Shown one piece after another: positions 28,985-40,329 of a stretch of DNA of 64,000 nucleotides. The notes beneath the pieces are model-generated. The model was not told the DNA's origin. It saw only the letters and a program-made list of their open reading frames with translations, and ran no database searches. Location: the NCBI RefSeq assembly GCF_004010195.1, contig NC_057751.1, positions 7,454,446 to 7,518,445 of the forward strand, read 5' to 3'. Source of the stretch: Chiloscyllium plagiosum (taxonomy: Eukaryota). Within the stretch, counting starts at the first letter, position 1, and the number at the start of each line of letters is the position of its first letter. The translations under genes and the position numbers were made by a program.

Positions 28985-31528
28985 ATCTTTTTATACTTCT
29001 ATATCATTTTGCTGGAAATGCATACTGTGCTTGGCCACTACAGAAAAGAGAAAACAGTACACCACATTCAAGTGCTTGCAGTCACACCAAGGCCAGACAT
29101 GTTAACAATGGCAGATTTCCAAGCCTCATTACAGATGGAAGGTGACACCTGTGCAAAGATCATCAATTGCATGATTGACCAAGGAAATACTAGAAAATAA
29201 TGTAACTGTTTGACAAAATATTTATTGCGAAGAAGAACCTCAATACAGACTTTCTTGTAAAAACATAACAAACAAGATACAAAAAAAACTAAGATGTTGA
29301 TAACAGGCTGATTCAAACTGACATTCAAATCCTTGCATTTCATCAAGCATAATTTAAATGAGAAGTGCTGGACACCACTTGTACTCCAAATTGTACTTAA
29401 ATGTCCACTTAAATGACTCCTGTTTTGATAACCTTATGAAAGTTTGGGCCACTTTAAAACAGGTACATTTATTCCAATTATCTTTCAGAGAACAGATCAA
29501 ATCCAAGCCAAAAATGGCATCATGTAAACAGCTATAGTCCTCTCGTCAACTTTTTAAATACAGAAGAAGGAACCATGGGACCATGTGCTGATCAGAGTAA
29601 ATGTATCCAACTGCACAGAGTTACCTGCTGCAATGTGCTCACTTCACATTGTGTCAAAGTGGTACCACCCGGCAGCTGAAGTGGTTGCATGGGGCCAGAT
29701 ATTGCAGAACGTTGGCCAGGTGCCAAATGATCCAAGGCAATGATTTCAATGTCAGGTTTGTTCAATATTAGTTGCAAACTTCTAATTTGTCAAAATGACT
29801 TTTACATTGTATGTGCACGCATGAACGGCTTCTTTCTCAGTAGTAATTATTTTGCACAGTGCACATTTCCATTCACACAAATGAGAAATATAAAAGTGTT
29901 AAACATCAAGGCATTAGAACTGAAATGACACTTGAAAATTTGTTCACAGACATGGTACAATGGACAATAAAAACCTGGCAATGACACTTAAGAATGGTAA
30001 CTTGAAAGAATTTAAGTCCATCACACAATGTTGGAAAAAGAAGCATATCGTCCTTGTACACAGGATCACAATGAGACTTGCAGCTTTTCCAGTGTATGGG
30101 ACTTTTTTTCCCCGAGCTCCAAGGAGTATTTCTGTATGAACAAATGCTTTTGTTTTAGGCAGAAATTAAGAAAACTCAATGACCGAGTGGAATGCAAGTC
30201 ACAGCAAACATCCAAACAACCCAAAGTAGATGACAACCAAAGTCCTTCAACCACTGGAAGCAGCCAGAGATTCTCAACAAATAGGTACAAACCATTCATG
30301 GACAAGGTAGACGCACAGTTCTCCTTACTTAAATATTTTTGGAATTGGGGAAGGTCCAGTGAAGCAGAGGAAAACACTAATCATGGGAACTTGGCCAACT
30401 TGAGTCCACATATGTTCAGCTTGAACTGAAACCACACAGCCACTTCAACATTAAAGCACCAAAGTGCTCAACCCAAGTTATGCAGCTGATGTTGGATCAA
30501 TCCTTCTTAATAGTGCTGTTACTCCAAATCAGTTCTTCAGTGTATTGTTAACAGCAAGACTGCAACTTCATGTAGCTTGTCGACAACACCCTATGGTCAC
30601 TGAATACAATGACCAGTGGTTATTTGCAAGAATTGATGGTGACATTCAATCATTAAACTAAACATGTATTCTTTCAAAATTTATGTCACACACATGGGAG
30701 GAAGACAAGGACTGTTAAGTTTTTATGCTAGATTTACTTGCAGTAAAAGCCTGACTGTGAGCTTCTGCTGTTCAGTCCATGAACTCCCAAATGCTGGACT
30801 GGTGACATTAATACATTTCATCACAAGCACATAACACATTCCATTCTCTGAGTCAAACGTACAGACTCAAATTCACACTCTTGACTGAGATACAGCACAG
30901 CATTTCCACCAAATTACCATTTTCCACATTCATACTTAAACTACCTGAAGGAGATTTGTCCCACAAGGCTGTGATATTATGCATTACTATTTTAACTCTT
31001 CAACAAATCAATTCATCACAATACATGGTCATTAGATGCCAATAAATTAGGAGCCACAGAACAGACCTTGACATTAGTAAAAACACAAGTCCGTGCAAGC
31101 TCCTTACTGTCACATTTTATATTTCATTTGCCACGAACAACAATGCATGGAGCACTTTTTTAAAAAGAACCTGGAATATGAAAAAAAAGGAGTCCCAGAC
31201 TCAGTCATGTGGCAAGAAACAGTTTTAAAAATACACAGCATCTCCCTTTACACTAATTTGTTGACACAATTACAGTCTATGCCTCTACACTCTTTGGTTG
31301 GACAAGTATTTTTTGGACATTAATTCTGATCCAGTGTTTGGCACTGATCTTTACAGAACACATTTTAAAAACAGGGCACACAACAAGATTACAAAGATGT
31401 CACCCTGTTTCAGAAGATTAGAACATTTGGCCATTTGAAAATTGCCAGTGAATAAAAATAGCAGTCACCTTCACCCACGACCTCTACGTTTCTGATGAAT
31501 TGAAAAAAAAAATGTGGTTTTCTGGAAT

Positions 31529-31597
31529 TCATAAAGTGTCAAAATTCGATTGCACAGCCTTCTTCTTTGGTCTAACCTTCACTGGTTTTACCACACC
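31529..31597 (-). CDS. REEP4: REEP4-like exon 8 (terminal)
   Basis: ctag|GGT; GVVKPVKVRPKKKAVQSNFDTL*; basic C-terminus resembling the REEP4 tail. Confidence 0.8.
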   Translation of the reverse strand, partial: GVVKPVKVRPKKKAVQSNFDTL

Positions 31598-32790
31598 CTA
31601 GAAACAGAAATAAGTTTTAGACAACATATAAACTGATGTCATAACTGATTGAAAGTATTCAACATTCCAATGTCCACTTATTACCTTCAACTACGATGCT
31701 CGTAGGACACAATTTTACCACACACTGTTACATGACAAAGAAACAACATTTGGACTCATCTTCAATTGAAACTCACAGGATCCAAACCTGATCTGGCTCT
31801 CAGGATTTGGTAAAAGGATAAGACAGGGAACACTAACCAACAAGAAACCAGCATTTGCCAACATCATACCTCCTTCTCATTTTCAAGTTCAATCTGCTGC
31901 AGACTTATGGAGGTACACAATTGACAAATATTACACTTTGTTACAATGCCCTACAGTTAAACGCGAGTTCTCGAGACACTGCATACTGATTAACAATAGT
32001 GATTGCAACAATGATAAACAAATAAAAAAGAGGGTGTTCACAAACAGGTCTGAACTAAAGTGATTCTCTGCTTAACAAAACATGTATTTTGCAGCAAGGA
32101 GTCAGAGCCTCTATCCACATTTGCCTCCAAGAATATGAAATTAAACTCAATGCAGTTTGCCCTATCAGCCACCAGGGGCCCTCAAAACATTACCAAAAGC
32201 AACCAGCTGCATTGCCATGTCAAAAGGCTTACACCTCAGTTTTGGAGGTATTCAATCAAGTGTTGCAGTCAAATTAACATATTACAATGTTACCAAACTA
32301 TGATTATACAGGTTGACAATTTCACTATTAATTACAGCTTTTCCAGCTTGATATTCAGACTATTTCAACTCAGAAACCCCTATGGCATGACATCAACTAG
32401 ATGGCAAGATGGAGTTATCTCAGGAAATAAATAATACCAAGATCAACTTGGGTGAAAAAATTGCCAAGCCAATAACCAATAAATTATTTCCAAAGTTCAT
32501 TACATGTCATCGTAACCATTTAGCCTACAGAAGTCTTACACCATCACAAACGATTCAATATAGTATATGCCCAGGCACAAGAATGGTTCCATCATGTCAA
32601 CATGTCTACAAGCTTACACGAGGTCAACATGCCCCTCAGATGCATCTTCTCTCCATTACTCATAATTACAACTGGACATCACCAGCTTTTCTATGCAATA
32701 GACCCATTAGGCCCATACAGAACAGAGCACAAATTTCTAGTCACTGACAAAAACCTCTAGTTCCTTAAGAGTGACAGCAGGGACTCATAC

Positions 32791-32978
32791 CTCTTTTCCC
32801 AGCACTTTCTTTCGGGACATTTGTTGACCCTGCACTCGTCTACTTCGTTTGATCTTTGGTACTTCAAGGCGACGCAAAGAACTTTTCTGGTTTTCTGCTT
32901 CCCCATCAGACTTGTAGTCATCATGAGAATCGCTGTCAATATATTGATCATTGCATGCTGATACAGGTTGTGTTGAAG
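32791..32978 (-). CDS. REEP4: REEP4-like exon 7
   Basis: ttttttcag|CT...GAG|gtatga; (A)STQPVSACNDQYIDSDSHDDYKSDGEAENQKSSLRRLEVPKIKRSRRVQGQQMSRKKVLGKE; phases fit exons 6 and 8. Confidence 0.8.
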
Positions 32979-34345
32979 CTGAAAAAAATGACAAGTCAAA
33001 TCCTAACATAAACATTTGTTTCAGCTCCTAAATAACACTTCAATACCAATAGTTGCCTGCATTTCTTCGGATCCTCTCTAAGACACAACAACATTTGCTG
33101 AATTATGCATGCTGACCCCTTTGGAGTTTGACAATGCAACATCAAAGGAAATCAGTCATCGACCTAATGCCTCAACTGAAGGCCACAACATTCTGCCCAG
33201 AAAAAGGATTTTCAGGAAAGCAGTGGCTAGTTGACCTCTGTTCAAAAGACAAACTATGCTTAAAATTGCAAGCTCGGAATCAATACAGTTCATGTCAGAT
33301 GTTCACTAGCATGACTAAGCACCAATACCTGTCTGAAACCTGTGTATTCATGAATAGTCATGGTAACTCCAAACTTGTTCTGCAGCCCCTTTTACCTTCT
33401 CATCCCAACATATGCACCTCGTCATGGGTGAGCAGTATCAACTCTTCAACACTTTATCGTGAGTTGTTACACTACTTGGAAGCTGGTGTAATACTTAGAA
33501 TTGTGACATGAGTATACAACACAGCATAGGTGGTCAGCAACACTCAAAATATACTCAAAACTCTAACACATTCGAAGACAAATCCACTTGGATTGCATGG
33601 GCCAGCATTTGGCCTGATGGGGTAAGCCAACTGCAGATCACCCCAGAAAGGACCCTTTTTCTGTTCCTGGTAATTTTCCATATAACTGATGGACTCTGTC
33701 ACAGACTCACAGACCTTCACAATAAGGAGAGTGAAAGATATTGCAATCTGATAGAGTAAGGCTGACATAATGCAGTTGATGTGAAACTGCAAATCTGACG
33801 ACAAAGCTATAAGTAATGGTGGTCCAAAGACAACCTGAGATTTTCAGTGAAAAACCTTTATGATCTAAACTTAATTGAACGTTGAAAGTGATCTTCTCTA
33901 GTTTGAATGTGGAGGGAACACTGGAGTGGTCAACTCAAATTGCAATACTGTTTGCAACTTGCTCAGTCTTCCTCAATTCCCCAACAAATGGTATAGTGCT
34001 CAATTCAGTTTGAGCTTACAGGGAGTGATTAAATTGACAAAACTTGAAGGAATGAACACAGCATATTCAGCAGTCAAACTTCCCAATCTACCCCATCCAT
34101 GTTTTAGTGCCATTTATATTTCTGGTCTTTGCAACTTCCACAGTGCAGGCCATGGCATGAATACCAAACTGATAGTCATCGCAATTTGTTATCTTCAAAA
34201 TGATTGCCAGAAGTTTAACAACTGATTTAATATCCCAAATTTGACACAGGAAAATTCTCTGTCTTCTAGAACTCAGGTCTCAGGCTGTGATGTGCCATGT
34301 CCAGATATGTCTTTTTTTTAACCTTAGCAAAATAAATAGACTCAC

Positions 34346-34499
34346 CACATTCTAGCTGTGTAGCAGAGAATGGTTTCCTTCCCATCAGCTCATCCTCAGG
34401 ATAAAGAGGGTCTCTGTCATGTACTGGCTCATCACCCTGAATGCTTGTTAAATCTTGCATGCTAAAACTACGCAAGCGGCCAGCGATAGCTCCCTGACT
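34346..34499 (-). CDS. REEP4: REEP4-like exon 6
   Basis: tag|AGT...G|gtgagt; [51 protein letters not shown]; conserved RLRSFSMxDL motif. Confidence 0.9.
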
Positions 34500-34939
34500 C
34501 TACAGCAGCAGAAAGACAAGGATGAGATATCACAGCAACACCATGCAATGCAAAGTTCCTTCAAACATGAAATGAAAACTTCCCTTGACTGAAAAGGTAT
34601 ACATGGTCAACATTCCACTGAAAAAGGACAACCTCAGTTCCAAACATGATCCAACAAAAATAATTTAATTAAAATGTTGTGAACAAGTCAATCACCAAAA
34701 ATGTGACGCATAAATATTCCGAAAGGTCTCCAATACTGCTTTTTCCTTAGGTGAGAGCTCGTCAAGACAACATAGTTTGTTAAACAAACCATGTCAAAGG
34801 GTACAGTTTTCAAATCAGGCAAAGACAGATGCTTGAAAGGGTCCAAAACTGGAACCATTTCTCTGTAAATCCTCATTTACAAGGATGCAACAATAGCCTT
34901 CAGGGTGGATATTATGAGTTTGTGCTGAACACAGTTCAG

Positions 34940-35179
34940 AGTTAAAAATCACACAACGCCAGGTTATAGTCCAATAGGTTTAATTGGAAGCACACTAGCT
35001 TTCGGAGCGACGCTCCTACATCAGGTGATTGCCCTGATGATGATCAGGGCAATCACCTGATGTAGAAGCGTCGCTCCGAAAGCTAGTGTGCTTCCAATTA
35101 AACCTATTGGACTATAACCTGGTGTTGTGTGATTTTTAACTTTGTACACCCCAGTCCAACACCGGCATCTCCAAATCAT
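34940..35179. mobile_element. Penelope-like family B foldback element (99-bp inverted arms) with hammerhead motifs
   Basis: 34940-35038 and 35043-35141 are inverted at 97/99 positions; one arm extends to 35179. Confidence 0.85.
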
Positions 35180-35730
35180 AACATATTTCAGGTCACTGAA
35201 TGAGGCAACAAACTGGTTCCACTCAACAGATAATGCAGATTCTAATTCTATGACAAGTTCAGAAACCACAGTCTTGAACTTGTACTTATGAACATGAAAA
35301 TCTTTTTTTTAAAACAACAGAAGATCTATTCCTTTCACTTTACCTACATGACATTCAAGTCCCATTGCAGGTATTCAAACTTTAAGCACTTGCTCATTGT
35401 CCTGTTTGACCAATCAACACATAAGGTGACATTCTTTCACACCACTAAGGACCATTAATTCAATTTAACCATGCCACGTGTCCAAGATCCAGCACATGTA
35501 GGTTCAAGTCCCAACTGTTTGCAAGATTTGTCACAATGTACATGGACAGGTTGTTCAAAAAACTCTACAGGATGATCTAGTCCATTAGAACATTATTTCC
35601 TTGATGCTCTGTTAAATACTCCTGCACAAGTCAACTATTTGTTACCTTCGAACAATCTGAACATAATTCAAAAACTACAATATTGTGCCTTCAATAATTA
35701 AAATATTATCCATGTGCCCTTAATACTTGC

Positions 35731-35844
35731 CTTCACAGCAGCATTTGCAGCGGCATTGGCTGCCATGTTAAGTCCTTGCCTGCCAAAATTGACCATTGTT
35801 TCATAACCACGCTCCTTGGCTTGACTGATGTAGCAATCGATTTC
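35731..35844 (-). CDS. REEP4: REEP4-like exon 5 (followed by a GC donor)
   Basis: tag|GAA...AAG|gcaagt; [38 protein letters not shown]; 114 nt. Confidence 0.9.
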
Positions 35845-36934
35845 CTAAAAAAGTTGTCATAAGATCAGATATAAAGCAATGGCTTCCCCATACACGCAAA
35901 TAAAAAACTCATTTTTATCCATACAAACCAAACATCTCACACTTGCCACACATTCTGTTTCTCTCAAATGCACACCAGTAAAACTGCCATTAATGAATTC
36001 ATACTAAAATGTTTCACCTTTTCAGCAGACTGAAAAGATGAACAATCCTTTCTGAAATTCTTTTATCTGTCCATTGCAATGGAAAGATGACAGCCTCCAT
36101 TAACACATCCATTTAACAGTAAAGCTGACAGGAATATACGGAGAAAGCCTTTGCTCACTAATCTACTTCAGTATTCCTTTCGTTTACAGGGTAACTGTGT
36201 GTTGTGGGCTCAGTGTACAGTAGCTTTAGGAAGGTTTCAACAGACTGCGTTAATTTGACATTGCCCACTTTGGTAGGACAACCAGATGGCCACAGTTTTT
36301 TTTTAAATGCAAAGATGTGGAAGGCACATATACAAAAGTACCCTGATGCCCTTATCAAAAAATCACCCAACTGCAATATGCAGGTGCAGTCAACTCTTAA
36401 CAAAACTTGTGCAATGTTAACCTCTGTTGCCAAAGGACTTCACCTCATGACGACTGAACTTTTGTTTCTGCACTGCAGTGATTTGAAAACTGATTCATAT
36501 AATTTATACTTAGCTCATACCTAAGTGCCACACCCTTATTTTTCAGTGTCACCTCCTGGTTTTCATCTCTCTTTGCTTCACTGCTCAGTTTTGGTAACGT
36601 GCAGCTGCACCAGTGTGCGTACTTTTGGTCTCATCTCAAAAAACATCTCACTGCTATTGAAGAAATGCAACTAAGGTTTCCCAGACTTAATCCTGGTACG
36701 GCTGTCCAAGGAAGAAACTTGAACAAACTGCATCAGTAGTCTAGAAAAATTCAAATGATTGTACGTGATTTCAGCGAAACTTAACCAATATTTAAAAAGG
36801 GACAGACAGGCTAGTGGAAGGTAAAATGGTTCCCTTTGTTGGCGAGTTGAAAACCAGGCTGTACAACTGAAAAATAAGGGCATGCCACTGAGGTTTGAAA
36901 TGACCATATAAATCATTTGACTCAGTTTTCACAT

Positions 36935-37196
36935 CGCAACAGTGCAGAAGCAAGCCCATCAAATCTCCAAGGATCTCATCCAAAGAACCACCCCCACCAT
37001 ATCCCCATAGCCATGTATTTCCCATGGCTAATTTACATAGCCAACATCTTTGGACTGTAAGAAACTTGAGCAAAGGAAACCCACCCAGACATGAGCAGAA
37101 TGTTCTAACTCCAGACAGATAGCTCACCCAAGGTTGGAATTGAACCAGATCTTTGGCACTGTCAGGCAGTAGTGCTGACCAAGCCTTCAAGACCAC
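36935..37196 (-). mobile_element. HE1-like SINE, diverged
   Basis: Core and head similarity to the other copies. Confidence 0.7.
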
Positions 37197-38611
37197 ACCT
37201 TCTAATTCTCACATTTCAGTCTCAGTATATGTAACACAGATGGACAGATTTAAGCTAAACAGGGACTTACAAGATTAAAGACATGAGGTGAGAGAAAGCC
37301 ATTTGAAGAGTTTGATCTGCAATGGTTGCGTTGGTTAGAGGGGCAGGCTTCAAAGGCTATTCCACTAACTTCTGTTCGAGTGGTGCCATGAATTTTTTTC
37401 CACTGGCTTGCTTATGTCATTGTCTCCTCGAAGTTGATGTTATCAGTCAAGATATCACTAACTTGTCATTTTCCTTCAAGCAAACTAAATTCACTCAACC
37501 TTGACATGTGATTCAGACAGTAATGAAACCGGGGTTGGAGGCTAAGTTTAGTTCTGAGGGAAGCCTGAACAAGTAAAGGAAGTTTCCTATGCACAGCACA
37601 CTGATCAGATTACTCAGTCCAAAAATATATAAACACACGCGAAGAAAAAGGACATATTCTGGCATCAAGTCCAGTATTCTCCCCGAGTGGTCACCAAAAC
37701 CCATCTGGTCAGCAGTTCACCAGATGATGTTGCCAATCGGTTGGTGTAACCTGCATAACAGTAGTTCCTAAATAATTTCAATTTCTGAAGTGGACATTTG
37801 CAAACCAGGAAGGTGCAACAGAAATCCAACAAAATCTGCTGACCAATTTTGGTACACTGAATCTACTGTTAAGTGTCCCTGAACGAATCCAACATGTTGA
37901 GAAAGAACACCATTGCTTGTTTATATCAATTTTGTTTGCCTTTCCATGGACCCAGCTGATGCACCAATGAATGACTAGGACTGCTGCAATTTAAGTACAT
38001 GGTGTACCATTGGCAGGCAGTATTGTATGATCATCCTAACCCTTCACAGCTCCAGCTTTGTAGCTCCACATATATTTGTGGCAACGAAACTGAAGAACCT
38101 TGGTTTTGGCTGAGGTCAAGGAGATGTCAATAAATATGGACAAAAAGTGGAGCTAGAAATTTTTGACAAGGCCTCACAAAGCGTGTCATCTTTCAACTCT
38201 CAGAGGCCAAAGACAAAAAAGAGTAATGTGACATTCAAAAGCATGATAACAAAAAACTTGGTTATGTACCAGATTGATTTTGTGAAAATAGCATACTCGA
38301 ATGTTTCGCAAACCGAGCAATTGCCATGACAGTGACACTGCTTGCTGCAGAAATCACAAGATTTTATCAGCAACACACTCTCTGCTTTAATGAGTCTAAC
38401 AATTCCATGTGAAACCTTCTAATTTTCAAGTCACAAAAGTTCACATCACAAATGACACACTACTGCAAATACCAACGGTTGATTGATTCCCTTGCTTTCA
38501 ACTTTTGAACAGCAGTGACCTCAAATTCTTAAGAACATTAAAGTAGGTTCTCAAAAGCTACAGTCCAAAATGACTCTGACAAGGTTTTCAAAGAAACTTC
38601 CTTTGGTTTAC

Positions 38612-38732
38612 CTTCTCCTTCGAAGACAGTGTGGGATGAATAAACTTCCTGTACATCATGCTGGCACCCCTGGTGTATGGGGACAAAAGCCAAACAACAA
38701 AGGCAATTTTCATTTCATAATAGAAGGGGAAC
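38612..38732 (-). CDS. REEP4: REEP4-like exon 4
   Basis: cag|G TTC...AAG|gtaaac; [40 protein letters not shown]; 121 nt. Confidence 0.92.
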
Positions 38733-38825
38733 CTGCAGGAGACAGAACTTCACTTCAGTAACAATACAAAAGATAACATACTTGTATGAACAAACTCTTA
38801 TATCCCACCGGCGTTATAAAATCAG

Positions 38826-39135
38826 GTCGGCACAGTAGCTCGGTGGTTAGCATTGCGGCCTCACAGCATAAGGGACCCAGCTTCGATTTCTGCCTCAGGC
38901 AACTGTCTGTGTGCAGTTTGCACATTCTCCCAGTGTCTGCGTTGGTTTCCTCCCACAGTCCAAAGATGTACAGCTTAGGTGAATTGGCCATGCTAAATTG
39001 CCCAGGGTTCATGGTTAGGTTAGGTGCATTAGTCAAGGGTACATGTAGAGTAATCGAGAGGCAAATGGGTCTGGTTGGGATACTCTTCAGAGGGTCGGTG
39101 TGGACTTGTGGCTCCACTTTCTCTGGTATCCTACA
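38826..39135 (+). mobile_element. HE1-like SINE filling most of REEP intron 3
   Basis: ggcacagtagctcggtggttagc head, conserved core. Confidence 0.85.
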
Positions 39136-39208
39136 CTCTCCCAATAATGACACAAAAGAAGAACAAATCAATCTCACAATTTTAACATACAAGAACATTT
39201 CAACTTAC

Positions 39209-39285
39209 CAGGAAATGAAAATGTCCGTGAAAGTTTCTATGGTCGTGAAGATAGCAAACACAATCCAATACATCATCCATCGGAC
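39209..39285 (-). CDS. REEP4: REEP4-like exon 3
   Basis: tag|GTC...TG|gtaagt; VRWMMYWIVFAIFTTIETFTDIFISW (TB2/DP1/HVA22 domain); 77 nt. Confidence 0.92.
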
Positions 39286-40329
39286 CTAAGGATAGATCAG
39301 ACACCCACTGATTGAGATGCCTCACCAACAGAAGACATTAGCACTACTTACCATCAGAGGCCAAGTCCCTAGTTTTTGAAATACATAGTAAAGACTGAAC
39401 TATAAAGCAGAAGAAATTCTTTTTATTCAATGCTCAGGGAACAAAGATGTCCACAAAGCTCAGTTTCCAAATCAAGTTATAAAATTCAGTTTTGGCTTAA
39501 TGTGCATGCCACACCTCCTCCCCTCACAAATTGAGCATTAACTAAATCGAAGCAAGTTGCAATTTCAACAACAGCTGTTACTTGAGGGTTTGGCGACATG
39601 GAAAATGATAAGATCCAAGTTAAAAGACAAAGTAGCAGTACAGATTACTGGTGATGCTGATGATTACCAGACAATTCAAAAAGATAGACTGTGAAGCAGA
39701 TAATGTAGCTTTGTTACCAAACAAGAGAACTACTACTGTAGCGAGAACTGACATTAGCACTGGAAACCAAGACATGGAAATAAACAAAGCCAAGGCAAAG
39801 TCATCCTCAGTTCGCCATCCACAGGTCCGTGACAGCATCAGGGCAAAGTATGAAACAGAAAATACTGGGGACTGCTAAGAAAACTACAGCAATAACCATG
39901 GGTTATTCTCAAGACCAAACAGACTGATTTTATCAAATTGCCAATGGTAGGTTTGAGGAAAGGTTCAGTGAAAACATTACAGCTTGACTCTTGGAGCCAG
40001 GTATTTGGAAACCAACCAGCAAACAGACTCTTGTGAATTTGACATGATGAAATTTCTTGTAAAAGAAGGTCTTAGGGACAGTGGTCATCACGTGCCTGAA
40101 GTTCAAATTCCATTTGAGGGCAAAAAAATGGCAGTCCCACATATGTTACAGAATTTGACCAAAGTAACTACATCACCATGGAGACATATTTGGCAAGGAA
40201 AACTGTAAAAGGAATAAAACTATAAAAGCTGATGAGCAGTAGCAAAACCTTGAACAATATATGTCATGTCATCCAAATAAACTCTATTCAAGAGAGAAAC
40301 AAAGATTGTAACAGTGTGATAACATCAAT

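Noticed and set aside
20930..30430. Isolated minus-strand donor-like words and 60-130 aa ORFs between the two genes
   Set aside because: No consistent exon chain or recognisable protein.
34940..35141. Hairpin as a miRNA gene or a DNA-transposon MITE
   Set aside because: It belongs to a dispersed repeat family, has an asymmetric one-sided extension and hammerhead motifs typical of Penelope ends, and shows no clear target-site duplication.
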